Shown: positions 24,696 through 37,700 of the stretch, piece after piece
How positions within the stretch are numbered: the first letter of the stretch is position 1
Layout of the letters: every line of letters starts with the position of its first letter
Source of the DNA: Rhynchobatus australiae
Taxonomy: Eukaryota
NCBI GenBank assembly: GCA_034780895.1
Contig: JAUZTB010000062.1
Coordinates: 22,716,742 to 22,780,741 of the forward strand
DNA length: 64,000 nucleotides
Reading direction: 5' to 3'
Translations under genes and position numbers: made by a program
Notes under the pieces: generated by a model
Database searches by the model: none
Told to the model about the DNA's origin: nothing
The model's input: only the letters and a program-made list of their open reading frames with translations

Positions 24696-26253
24696 AATTT
24701 TCCAAGTTGTCCTTGCTTAATCCACGATCACTGCAAGTATAATTTCAACCAAAATTCTTAGAGAATGTATCCATTCTGAAACTATAGCCTGTAGAAATCT
24801 GAATAACACTCTAGGCGTTATTTCAAAATAAACCAGCTTTCATGTGTCAGTAACAATCACCAGTCCAAAGTGACACAGTGAAGCAATTTTTAAAAATGTA
24901 TTAACTGTTGTATTCTACCAGCAAATTATATTTACCAACCATCTCATCAACAGTTCCTTGAGCTTACAGAAGTGTTCACTATATTAAGTGTAATCAATCT
25001 GCAAGTTCAAAGTTATTGCTGTTGTTGCAATTAAAAGATATTTAAAGTATACCTTTAAAAAGATACTTCTATATGCACGCAGAAACAAACCACATTTAGT
25101 TTTGACAATTTTTATCCAGCTCAGTCATGATGTTGTTGTGGCAAATGCCAACAGTTTCAATAATGACTCATTTGGTATCCTCAAACACACAAGAGCCAAT
25201 AAATTAGGTTTTCTTGGTGCCAAGGTCATCAATAGATGAAGTAAATTATTTTATATTCAATGAGGTAAAAAAAATAAAAACAGGCAAGGATCCACTGACT
25301 CACAAGTTGTATGCCTGGCCATACAATTTCCTGCTGTTTAACTGATCAGTGAGCCTGCCAGTACCCACAGGACGTCATCACTGACCTTTTAATCTTTATT
25401 TTAAAAAGTCTACCTTTATAGTTTGTCCACAATAGATCCAGTATTGCAACTGAGCAAAAAGCAGCAGAAAGTACCTATCTCCTCCCTAATCTATGTTTTT
25501 AGCTATTGTCGACTGCCTGAACCATTTACTCTGTATTGCGTGATAACAAAGATTTGCGAATTTCAACAAAGCCTATGTTTGGTTAAAAGTCTCTTGCATA
25601 AGCAAACAAACTTTGAATCGTTCACTAACTGGACTGGAGGGATTCCCTATTATGTCCTGAGAGAAATGCAGCACATACAGAAACAGATAACATTCCCATT
25701 TCCTGCTCTTTACAAGAAGTTTCCTTGCAATATTAGAAAGAAAGGAAGCAACAATTATCAGTTGTTGTAGTATAGTATCCTGCAGGGAAGTCGGCATTGG
25801 GGGGTGGGGAGGGGGTGCAGAGCAAAGTCAGAGCAAGAGCAGAATACTAAGGAATGACAGCCAAGAATGCTGCTGTGGAGGATTAAATAACATTCGACTC
25901 CCTCTGATGCATTGCACAGAAATCCAAGGCTGCAGTTTCTAAACAGATTCGAGCTCTTGCTTTAAGTAGATCTCCATTTAACCATTATATTTAAACCTAC
26001 AGACTCGACACAAGCACATAAATTTGATTTAGTTTGTTTAAATTCCGATCCAAATGTTATTCTACTGGCGAATTTAGAACCAAACAGAATCTGCATATAA
26101 ATTATCACTATCAACAGTAACATTTAGAAGAGTTAAACAGAGCACAAAATACATTACTTTCCTTACTGAATTGCTATTCACTTTTATTTTCCAAATTTCC
26201 AAAGCGTAAATCACAAGTTAACACGGGTTATCAGTTAGAATAGAGGCACAAAC

Positions 26254-26308
26254 CTTCAAAATCTGATATAATCCCCTCCAACTGGTCATTTACTGATATG
26301 TCAGACAT
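26254..26308 (-). CDS. SEPTIN9: Septin 9 alternative first coding exon (isoform-2 type N-terminus), 55 coding nt
   Basis: AAG-ATG at 26308 gives MSDISVNDQLEGIISDFE+G, then donor GAAG|GTTTGT. Near-identical to the recalled human SEPT9_i2 N-terminus MSDPAVNAQLDGIISDFE. The phase-1 G joins CT at 8993 to give Ala, in frame with LKRSFE. Confidence 0.93.
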
Positions 26309-26520
26309 CTTCCCAAAATAGTGTCCGTCCCTGATTTTAGTCTCTCTCCAGACACAAATTCCCCCCCCAAAAAAATACAATTCCACCAGGTTTTCTGGGG
26401 GGAGCTGTGATGGTGTTTTGTCTTCAGTACTTACTAAAGCAACTTTTGAGACTTTAGAGGTTGGCTGAAGTGAAGTACGCTGAGCCAACCAAAGGCAAAA
26501 GCATGCAAGATGAATGAATA

Positions 26521-26580
26521 TGGCCCACCCTCCTCACTGACGCAAGCCAAGAACTAATCAGGCATTTGATTGGTTAAGTG
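26521..26580 (-). promoter_or_regulatory. Candidate promoter of the SEPT9 isoform-2-type first exon
   Basis: About 210-270 nt upstream of the ATG: GT/GC box CCCACCC (26524-26530), CRE/ATF-like TGACGCAA (26538-26545) and a CCAAT box on the minus strand (ATTGG 26569-26573). Motif cluster only. Confidence 0.5.
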
Positions 26581-28667
26581 AGACGTCTATCAAAAAGGCA
26601 GCCTGGTCTGCTGTGAATTGTGGCGCACCATTGAAACGGAAGGCAGCAGCTTGGGGGCAGCACAGTATAGCTGCAAAAGAACCCAGATTGTTGGTAGAAA
26701 TGCTTAAAAAAAGCTTTCTGACCTTTCATTAGCTGTAATAAAAGAAGTTGCAGCTGGAAAAAAAGATACTCCATTTGTTAAAAAATGCAAATTCTGGCTG
26801 AAAGTGCCAGGTAGCTGCAAATATTTATTAATTGATAGTATACCTTATTGCATTGAATGAACAATATTTCTGAGTCTCCAGAGTTAATTCTGTAACTTGT
26901 ATTTACCCACATTACTCACATCCTTTTGACCTCAAATCATGACCCTGATAAATAATAAGCAAGAACACATCCGTTTCTTCGGTGCTGCTGAGAAATGTAT
27001 AATCTAACAATCACTGCTTTAGAAGGAAAGAACAAGATCATTGATCTGATAAATTTCTGTAGGCGATGCACAGAAAAACTGTTGTCTCATTGAGCTGAAT
27101 TTGAGGCCTTTTTCCTATTGCGTCCACATACCAATACAAAAGGCTGACCAGAGTGTACATCATAGTTTAATGATAACTCAATAATATTTTCAATGTGCAT
27201 TGTTGAGGTGAAACATTTCCAGAATTCAATTTGAATCACTATAATAGGATTCAGCTTTGCCTATTGTATTTTTTCAGCATTTACATTACTTGTGAATCAG
27301 CTTCAATGGAAATATTCTCCTCATGGGGATAATCCATTTGTCTAACCTGCAACATTCAACTAATCAGCAAGAAACGTCTAAACCAATAACATTTTGCCTC
27401 TTGTGCTGATATAAATTCATCTCTTATGACCACAACAGGCAAAAACATTTGGCAAGAGGCATGGAAAACAAAGTAACCCAGGCCAGGCACTTTTTTTTCC
27501 TGAGTACTCCTGCTTAGCTTTATTGTAAACATTATCCAGCATAGAGGTAGTTTCCAAAGGTGTCTTAAAGTCCTCCTGCAGGATTTGCCAGTTTGTTAAA
27601 GAAGCATTTCTGTCTGCAGAATAGTTCCCTTCCTTTTTATTTACTTACTTGACTGATGGTTTTAAAGGATTCAGAAGAGGTTACCATTGTTTGAGCCACA
27701 TCTATTCAACAGTCCATAAACAAGTACTTTTATTTTGCATAGGAGGTGGAGAATTTGAAAACTTTGAGCAAAGCAAATTTCAACTTTTAGACAAAGCTTA
27801 AGACATTGTCAAAGCTAGAGTGAGGAAAAGCTATAATTTTTATTCAGAATATCCTTCTGTCTGATTTTATATTTCTTTTAGATATCATTCCCTGCTTGTC
27901 CCATCAAAAAGTTTTGGCTTCTTAGTTTTATTAAATCACAGACAATGGATTGTGTGAAGTTTAGTATTGTGTATTCACACCCACTACCATGTACTTCAGG
28001 CCAGCTCACTTCACTTCATAAAGAATGGAGTCACTGAATCATTCACACAGGAAATAAATTCAGAATAAGTAGTAGGTGTGGATATGACCATTACTCCATT
28101 ATCTTGCTACTTTTCTGCAAGTGGCTGCTTGTTTACAGTGAAATTATACTTTTGAAAATNNNNNNNNNNNNNNNNNNNNNNNNNNNNNNNNNNNNNNNNN
28201 NNNNNNNNNNNNNNNNNNNNNNNNNNNNNNNNNNNNNNNNNNNNNNNNNNNNNNNNNNNCAGTCTTGACTCACCAGGGAGATCAGCTGTGAGGAGCAAGT
28301 GAGTCAGCCTCTTGAACCTGAACCTATGCCAAGATTAGACATTACCATACTGATTTGCATTTTTAAATGTATTTTGGACAGGAAAATTCTACTAGCAAAG
28401 ATGCTCTTCGCTTGATGTTTTTAACAAAGCAACTCAGTAAATGGCAAAATTGTCTCTTTTCTCAATCCTTTAATCTTTTTTGTTGAATTCCATTTTAACC
28501 ACATTCTTGTTACTTCATACTTAACACACAGATCTATATTCTTGCAAAATAGATTTGGACCTTTTATTTCCTGAACAGGCTCCTAAGTTAAAGTTCAAAT
28601 CTATAGGTTTTGAGTGCAAGATTAATTCAAATGATTTCAGGGGTATTGGTAATACACTCCCTCTTTT

Positions 28668-29113
28668 CACCAGGACGTTGCCAGGACTGGACAGCTTGAG
28701 TTATAAAGAGACTGGGTAGGCTGCGGCTGTGTTTCCTGGAGCATAGGGGGCTGTGGATTGACTTTATAGAGGTTTATAAAATCATGAGGGACATGGATGA
28801 AGTAAATGGTCATGGTCTTTTTCCCAGGATAGGAGTGTCTAACACAGGAGGACATTGGTTTAAGGTAAGAGGGGGAAGATTTAAAGGAGACCCGAGCGGC
28901 AAGTTTTCCCACACAGAAGATGGTGAATTTATGGAATAGGCTGTCAGAGGAAGTGGTAGAGGTGGGAGGAAATGTTTAAAATCACATGTTAGGAAAGGTT
29001 TAGATGGAAATGGGCCAAATGCAGGGAAACGGGACTAGCTCAGGAAAGCACCTTGGTTGGCATGAACAAGTTGGGCTGAAGGGCCTTTTTCTGTGCTACA
29101 TAAAACTCTATGA
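28668..29113 (+). mobile_element. CR1 LINE 3' end
   Basis: TTCACCAGGACGTTGCCAGGACTGG...GACTTTATAGAGGTTTATAAAATCATGAGGG...GGGCTGAAGGGCCTTTTTCTGTGCT...CTCTATGA. Confidence 0.88.
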
Positions 29114-29489
29114 ATCTATCATTGCCACAGGTATTATTTCAGTGCCAGGCTGTTGGTATGGAACAAAATTTCTTCTCTCCTTGGATGAATTGTTTTCCAA
29201 GAATGGAAAGTTTGCCTGATCATTGTTCCAAATGGTTACAGCGAAAAAAAATACAACTGGTACAACATGAGGGCCAATTACATGGATACTTTGGAAGAGG
29301 AGGAACAAAATTCCATGAACATCAAGATTTCTGCAGTCTTTGATTCCAAAAAAAACATTGCTTCACAATTAATTAAATACCCCTTAAAGTGGTGTAGAAT
29401 AAAACTTACAGAATAGTTTCAGTGCAGTACTCATTTATCAGTCGATATTATGTGCTCAGATCTCCAGAGCAGAGCTAGAATTAATCATC

Positions 29490-30632
29490 TCCTGTTAGAG
29501 TTCTTTGAGGAGGTAACAAACAGGTTTGACAAAGGAGAGTCAGTGGATGTTACTTACTGGGATTTTTCAGAAGACCTTTGACAATGTGTTGCACATAAGG
29601 CTGCTAAACACGACAAGAGCCCATTACTAGTGGAACTCTGCAGGGGTTAGTGTGGAGACCACAACTTTACACTTTGTACACTAATCTGGATGAAGGAACT
29701 GATGGCACTGTGGTCAAGTTTGCAGATGATACCATGATAGGTGGAGGAACAGGTAGTGTCACAGAGGCAGGGAGTCTGCAGAAGGACTTGGACTGGTTGG
29801 GAAAGAGTGGGCAAAGAAATGGCAGATGGAATACAGTGTAGGGGAGTGTGGGGTTATGCACTTTGGTAGGAAGAGAAAAGGTGGACACTATTTTCTAAAT
29901 GAGAAAATTCAGAAATCAGGGGTGCAAAGGGAATTGGGAGTCCTAGTTCTAGATTCCTTCAACTTGCAGGTTGGGTCAGTAGTAAAAAAGGTAAAATGCA
30001 ACATTAGCATTCATTTCGAGAGGACTAGGATATAAAATCAAGGATGTACTGCTGAGACTTAAGGATTGGTCAGACTGCATTTGGAATATTGTGAGCAATT
30101 TTGGGCCCTATATCTAAGGAAGAATGTGCTGGCCCTGGAGAGGGTCTAGAGGAGGTTCACAAGAATGATCCCAGCAATGGCTTAATATACGAGGAGTATT
30201 TGATGTCTCTGGGCTTGTGCTCAATGGAGTTCAGAACGATGGGGGGGTGGGCATTTCATTTAAACCCACCGGATACTGAAAGGCCTGGATAGAATGGATG
30301 TGGAGAGGATACTTCTTTTAATAAGAGAGTCCAGGATCCAAAGGCACAGTCTCAGAATAAAGGGACGTCCCTTTAAAACTGAGAATCAGGAGGAATTTCT
30401 TCAGCCAGAGGGTGGTGAATCTATGGAATTCATTGCCACAGAGGGCTGTAGAGGCCAAGTCAATGGCCGTATTTAAGGCAGAGATCAATAGGTTATTGAT
30501 TGGTAAGGGGGTTAAGGTTTATGGGGAGAAGGCAGGAGAATGAGGATGAAAAAAAAATCAGTTATGATTGAATGGTGGAGAAGACTCAAATGAGCCAAAT
30601 GGCCTTATTCTGCTCCTATGTCTTATGGACTT
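29490..30632 (+). mobile_element. CR1 LINE reverse-transcriptase fragment plus 3' end (frameshifted)
   Basis: ORF 29650-29841 contains YTNLDEG...VKFADDT (RT catalytic motif) and LQKDLDWLG. Downstream C-terminal remnants and 3' UTR ...TTCTGCTCCTATGTCTTATGG. Confidence 0.92.
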
Positions 30633-31719
30633 AAAGCCTGTAGATTTTTTTCTAAGAACAATCAGATAGTTTGGTAATTGTTATTAATGAGTAGCTTATT
30701 GCCTTTAATTTAAATTCTGGTTTATTCAGAATTTAAAATTCCACACTGCTAGGATGAGACTTGAACTCAGGCCTCTGGTATTATGAGTCACTGATTATAT
30801 CGAAGCAAGATTGCATCACGATCCTTTGCCTTATAAAATAACTGAACCAAATTTAAGCCACTCCTTTGGAATTTGGTTAGTCCCAATTTTCAACATTTCT
30901 GGTTGCTGAAATTCTCCATCATCAACTTTTTTTGAAACACTAAGCACCATCTGTTTTGACTGAGCTAATCCAGCATGTGTTTACTAGTATAAATGACCAG
31001 TTAAAATGTTCCTTTTAACAAAGCCATGGAATTTAATTAGAGCAATTTTGTTCTCACCAGGAACAGTGACAACAATACAATTAGTAATATAAACCTGATG
31101 AATCCAGTATTGTACTCTGTTTTGACACTGAAATCTTATTTACAATACAACAGATTATTCCAAGTGGTTGCTGACAATTTTCTTCTGTTTCCCTCCCTTT
31201 TCTGCAGAAGAGGTCAGCTGTTTTGCATTATTTCTTTCAAGAGGCCAGTCTTCATCTGTGAACCTTGCTATGAGTTGTTAAAGGACAATCCATTATAAGC
31301 ACCTCGCCCACTTAGAACTTCTGGATAATATTCAAAAGTGGAGATCTGGTTGATTTTTCCCCTATTTTACTTGTTGATCAACATTATTCCTCTAATAGCT
31401 CAAGGATTGATTAAATGCTGATCATCAAACAAAGAAAAACAAAGTACTGTATGTTCAGGAGTGCTTCAAAGCCAACCAAGTCTAGTTTGTCCTCCAACAA
31501 TATGATGGAGTTGAGCACATTCCACGTGATAAGGAATACAATTTACAGCTTTCTGGAATTGGTGGCTCAGGTATCACACTGCCCAAAGCATTTACTTATT
31601 GGGCTATTGTGGAACTGCGAATTGTACTTTTATTGTGATTTAACTGAAGAAATGGTTTTGATTAACTGGGTAAATTAAAAGAAGAAAAAAACACAAACAC
31701 AATGAAATATACAAACTAA

Positions 31720-32300
31720 AAGGAACTATTTACAGCAAGTATTTATTTAGCATCTTTAATATAGTAAAAGTCACCAGAGTTCCAGCAAGTGAATGTTGAC
31801 TCAAAGTAGATACTAGGGCAAATGAGCAAAAGATTTGTTAAAGTAGGTTTAAGNNNNNNNNNNNNNNNNNNNNNNNNNNNNNNNNNNNNNNNNNNNNNNN
31901 NNNNNNNNNNNNNNNNNNNNNNNNNNNNNNNNNNNNNNNNNNNNNNNNNNNNNNNNNNNNNNNNNNNNNNNNNNNNNNNAGGCAAGAATTGGAGGAAAGC
32001 AGACTTCTTAGAGGTCTATAGGGATAAAGGATGTTGCAGAGTTAGGCAGAGGGAATGACGGTAATTTGAAAACAAGAATGAATTTTGAAATCAAGGCAGT
32101 AATTAACTGGAGGCCTGTGGAGGTTAGTGAGGCTAGAGGCAGTGAATGAATGGGACTAGTGCTGGTTAGGACATGGCAAAGTACTGGATGACCTGAAGTC
32201 TAGAGTTAACAGAATCATGGACCAAGGTTTCAATTGGTAGACTGAACTAGGGATGGAATTGTGAGAAGTGAAGATAGAAATATACGACCTTAATACTGGG
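31720..32300 (-). mobile_element. L2-type LINE 3' fragment, decayed
   Basis: Purine-rich plus strand with ...ATTTGAAAACAAGAATGAATTTTGAAATCAAGGCAG...GGAGGCCTGTGGAGGTTAGTGAGG, typical of the antisense L2 ORF2 C-terminus. Confidence 0.55.
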
Positions 32301-34076
32301 TGTTAGAAAGTGAAGCCTAGAAACTGGGTTTGTGCTAAGCTGCTGTTGTACTTTGCACTAACACCCAAATTGGTTCCCAGGATGAAAAAAAATCATAAAA
32401 TTATGTGCAAAGACATTTAAAACATGACAAGGTTGGTTCATACCCTGAAATAGCCCTGAATAGAGGACCAGGAGATTTCCTGATAGGAGCTGCAGAGATT
32501 CATTGTTATTGCCAAGTGGTGTGCAGAGAAGGTCATCTGACAGTAAGGACCTGTCTTCTTGGCAGCTGCAGAGTAGCTGGATAATGACTGCCATTGAGGT
32601 CTAGGAAAGTGCCGGGGAACTGGGACACAACCATCCACTGCTCACCACAGTCACAGCACAGGCATAGATATTTTATCTGTGTGCCAGGGCATGAATGTTT
32701 GCTCTTTCTCCAAATAAAACAACATTTTTTCTAATATTTAAAAGGAAAACTAAAATGCTCATCTGTTGACATCAATGGAAGCAGATATGCAGATAAGGGT
32801 GCAATTAGCTATTCCATGAGATCACAGCTGAGGTCCGTTTCAACTCCACTTACCCACCTTGCAACACACTTATCTGATAAAAAGCCATCAGTCTCAACCT
32901 AGAAAATTTCAATTGACCCAGGAGAAAATTAGAGATATTCTCCATCACTTCTGGAAAACAAGTGCTTCTTGAGTAGGGAGACCAAATCTACATAAAATAT
33001 TCCAGGTGCAGCACTAACAGCGCCCAGTATAATTGTGGTAAAGCAACTTTACTCTCGCTAAATCTTCTTGCATTTGGGTCTGTTTCAAACTAGTTATTAC
33101 AATCTATCTAATTCCAAATAAGAAATACATGAATCAGTTTCTCTTTTGCCACTTGATTTTAGGTTAACTGCATTAGTATTACTGGAGCCTTGTCAATCTT
33201 TTTATACAGTGTTCTGTAGTAGAAAGTTAGGGAGGAGAGTTGTAATGAATACAAACTCCAGACATTAAGGATGTTGACTCCTTTTAGGAAACACCCATTT
33301 AACTGTTCAGTGTGACAAAGTGTCTCTGGCACAACCTGCCATATCTTCATGGTCATGAACTGAACTGATCAAAACGTCAGACATTTGAACATCAAATATC
33401 AATTGGGATTTACAATAAATATTCTCAATTTAATTAATTTATCATCTCAGTATTGAAACTAGACTTTAAAACATTTTGTTACATTACCACCATTGGGAGG
33501 CACCATTCAGGCACTTTTCCCATTTACTTGGTATGGGTATATGATATCTTGGAAGATTTTCTTCCGGTTGATGACATTTTCAGTCAACTGCTCTCAGTGC
33601 TTGCAGCACCTTCTCAAATGTAGTCTGAAGAATTGTGTCTTGAAGCATCACGCAGAGCAACCCTGCCAGAAGCATGTCATTGCAGCTGGTGTGTGCAGAG
33701 AACTCTTACTGCTGCTGTTGCTCCTTCATTCCAACAGAGTGGGATGTGTTGATTAACTTGCAAAACCAGTGAGATTTGATTTTAGGCTATTTGAAGGCAC
33801 CACGACCTCTTGCAGTGATATTGACACATCTTGGACATTGATTTTGCATCATCTGTTAGACTAAAGCTGCAATATTGGACCTGCACAGAGTGCAGAATGT
33901 TAACAACCACAAATTTGATTTCTCTTAACATTTCTCTTTCATTAACATATTTTTGTGTACATAACACACTCAAGATGGGCTGAAATTCTGAATTAACTAA
34001 TTGCATATACCCATGGAAATTACATTAAGGGACATAACACAAAAATTTGCTTCATTAGCAGTCAATCTATCTATAC

Positions 34077-34106
<30 letters not shown>
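34077..34106. repeat. (AGAT)n microsatellite, about 7.5 units
   Basis: Read directly from the sequence. Confidence 0.95.
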
Positions 34107-34107
<1 letters not shown>

Positions 34108-36229
34108 AAATGGAGTCCCAAAGATACCCCTATAAATAAGTGACTTTATTTTTGTTTTATTCCCACATCAATATTCTGGGATTACCACTAACCAGAAACT
34201 TAATTGGACCAGTCCCATCAACACTGATTAGTTAGGCACAAGCACTTGCAAAAGCCAAATATTCTGCTTGGAATGGTTCACTTTGTGGTCTTGTGAGTTG
34301 GTCACAAGACTACAAGTTAGGAGAGTGACGTGATGTTAAAAGCGTGCTAGAAACAGTGCAGCCACAATGTTCAAATTTTTATATCATTCAAAGTAAGAGC
34401 AGTTTGCTCAAATAACATTCACTGTAGGACCTTGCATTCACCTTTCACCATACATAGTACACCCACAGGATGCAGTACAACAACCTAACCAAGATTACCT
34501 TGAATAGCTTCTAACCTTTTGGCTACCAAAAGCAAAAGGAGCAAGAGCATTGATGATATAGGGCATCAACAGCCCAAAGTTTACTACCCACTTCAACAGA
34601 CATCAATTTTTCATCACTTATCCAAGTCTTGAGTTGCCTACATAACACTTATGAGAGCACAATCAACATAAACACTCCGATTATTTAAGGAGATAGCTCA
34701 CCAGTTCTTGATTAGAACAACTTACCAGTATTCTATTGGCAAAAAAATTCTTATGCCTCCATTTACCCAATAATCTTACAAAGTCATGAACTTTTGCATT
34801 CATGACTGTTGTTATTTCTTTGGCTAAGCTGATTTCCAGACAAGGTGAAATTTATCACCGTTAAAAGGATAAATAATCATTCACGGAAATGTCCGAGAGC
34901 TGTAGCAGTGCCAGAAATTCCATCCAAATGGTGAACCTGCAAGCAAAGGACTAATCTAAATATGGCATGAAATTGGAGATCCAACTTGTGCCATATCAAT
35001 ACAGAAGACATAATCTTTTATGCCATAAATATAGTTGACAAATCCATTTTCAAAACATTAGCAGAGGAAATATTTAAAATGTACTGATTAGGATGATTTC
35101 ATTAAAGGGGTTACCAATGGCAACCAAGACAGGATATTAAATAGTCTTTTTTAAGTTTAATTGCCTGTATTTTGCTTTAATAAATTTTCACAGACAAAAA
35201 CAGATGTATGCTTACCAGGAAAGAACTAAAAGGATTTCAGATAGGAAATGTAACTTGCATCAATTTTCAAAATTAACTCTGCAAAAGCTTTGTGGGCTCA
35301 CCCAAACTCCTTGTCTAAATAAATATTTTTCCATTATTTTCTAACTTCTACTGCCAGAAAACTCTTGCATATCCCAGGACAAATTCTTATCTTGTCTAGC
35401 CTCAGTAATTCAGGAGATAATATATCCAGTGGTATTACAGTTTGCATTTCTGGTCAGTAAAAGCATCTTCTTGCTCAACAGCTTGTACTATTAGGCCTGC
35501 ATTCGGCATTTTAATCTTATAAAAAATACTTTGTCGATCATAAAGGACACATTGTCTGAATGGGACAGTTTTTCTTTTGACATTAGGCAGAAAAGTCAGC
35601 AAAACTATTTTATTGTCCCCAATACTACAATGCTTTTGAGAAAATATTGTAAGCAGTAAGGTTTCCATTATTAGTCCGGTTTCACTACATACAGGGATGA
35701 ATTAACCAAGGTATAAATCTGTAAAATAAAAAGCAAATTAATGCCTTCATGTTTCAAGTCTGCCTCAGATATTGTCCTTTAAGTGGCCTGAGCCTCGGAG
35801 ATGGGCCACTAATGCCACGCAACTTATTATACAATAGTTTAATCCAGTGATCCAAGTATGGAACCCTTCTGTAGTCTGAACTGGGTATGAGGTCTTCCAC
35901 ACTTGCTCTCACATCTGTTACTCTAATCTTTTAGTCGACATAACAAAAAAATACTTCAGCGGGTTGAGGCTCAACACAAGTTAAGTTGCTTTATTTTGCA
36001 CAGCAGTAACTAAAGAGCTGTGAACAAGCTTAAACTTTCTATTCTTTTATCAAAAATGTGTCTTGTCAGTTTGCTTTCTGAAATTACTTTTCTTTCAAGT
36101 TCCAATTGCAAAATGATCTCTTTTACCCTGGCATCCAATTCCAAGCCTGTTCCCAGTTTCCTGTATAAGGCCTAACTGCCTTGCCAAGCATCTCCATATC
36201 TTCATTACCAATAAAATCAACTTCACTCC

Positions 36230-37430
36230 TATAGTGCTCTTAACTTGCAAAGTGCTTCAGAGATTAGCAAACAATATTTAATTCATCCACGCAAGGGTCT
36301 TGGTCAAATGATAGGCTTTAAGCTTTTTAAAAAGGCAAGAGCTGCAGAAAGGCTTTTGATGTGGAACTTCAGAGCACATGAACTGGCAGCAGAAGACAAA
36401 AAAGGGCTGGGAAACTGTGGATAGTGTCAGAACTAGAGGCTATAGAGGTAAGGAGCAAAGGCTACAGAGAGACTTGAAAGCAAAGGTAAGAATTTTAAAA
36501 TTGAGCACTGCAGCAAATAGAGATAAATTAGAACATAGATGGCAAGGTTTTGGGTATTCTCATGTTCACAGAGGGTAGAACGAGGGAAGCTGTTCAGAAA
36601 TCGATTGGATGAGCCACGTTAAGGGGCTAACAAAGTCCTGCATTAGAGTTTCAGCAGAGGGAATGAGCCAGGAGCAGAGTTGGGCAACGTGATGAAGTGG
36701 AAAAAAGGCAGTGTGTTGATGGTACAAGGTGTGAAGTTCATCTCAGAGCTGAATATTACACCAAGGATGCAAACAGCCTGGTTTAGTTTCAGACAGATAC
36801 ACTACGAGAAATGAGGCCTGAGCTTGTGGCTGGGATTGAAGATGTTGGTGTCACAGCATCAGTCTTTATGATGTTTGGTTGACAGAAATTTCTGCTTGTC
36901 AAGTTCCCCATGTTGGGCTATTTGTCTGATTATTTATAGGCAATGGAGAGATCAAGAAAGATAGTGAGGTAGCAGTGGGTGTTATCTGTATCCATGTACA
37001 AATGGACATTGTATTTTTGAATAATGCCACCAAAGGCCTTTATGTAGCCTAGTGTAGATCATGGGGGACATAAAGGTAACTATACTAGCCTGGGTGAAGA
37101 AGTCAATGCCGTTGAATGGATAGGTAAGAAAAGACACAGGTGAGTGGTCTTGGGAGGAGAGTGAGGCAGGAGCAGGGCAATTGCTCTTTTTCTTGAGGAA
37201 GTAGCATTGACACTTGCAAAGGGAAAGATCAGCCATTTGAAGTGAGAGAACTATTAATAAATTCAGATAGGGAAAATGGGATTAGGCTGAAAGAGCAGGA
37301 GGTGGATCTCATCCACAGATGAGAGAAAATTGCAAGTTCAGAGCTAGAGCGAGGAGTAACCTTAGAACCTTGTCCCAGAAGGCACAGCAAAGTGGGTCAG
37401 AGAGTGGGTGGGGAGAAGCTAAACTGGTTA
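36230..37430 (-). mobile_element. L2-type LINE fragment, decayed
   Basis: Antisense L2-like motifs (GACTTGAAAGCAAAGGTAAGAATTTTAAAATTGAG...AATATTACACCAAGGATGC...GTGGGTGTTATCTGTATCCATG, a remnant of the YADD region). Confidence 0.55.
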
Positions 37431-37439
37431 TATCAAAGT

Positions 37440-37700
37440 AAATTATTGTGAACGTTTCCTACCAAAAGGAAGTGGTAGCACTAGAGAGGGTGCTGAGAAG
37501 ATTGACAAGGATATTGTCAGAGCTGGAAATAATTAATTATGGAGGTAGATTGGTCAGACTGGGCTTGTTTCCTTTGTAACAGAGGAGACCTAGGAGAGTT
37601 TAACTGAGGTGGATGAAATTGAGGTCTAGACATGATGAACAGGAAGGGCCTATTTTCTTTAGTAGAGAGGTCAGTAACTCAGTGAAGGATTTAAGAAGAC
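37440..37700 (+). mobile_element. CR1 LINE fragment
   Basis: GCACTAGAGAGGGTGCTGAGAAGATTGACAAGGATATTGTCAGAGCTGG...CTGGGCTTGTTTCCTTTG. Confidence 0.65.

Noticed and set aside
26309-26488. N-terminal extension of the isoform-2 exon suggested by the ORF track
   Set aside because: It starts at TTG, similarity to SEPT9 begins exactly at the ATG at 26308, and the ORF also runs past the donor site.
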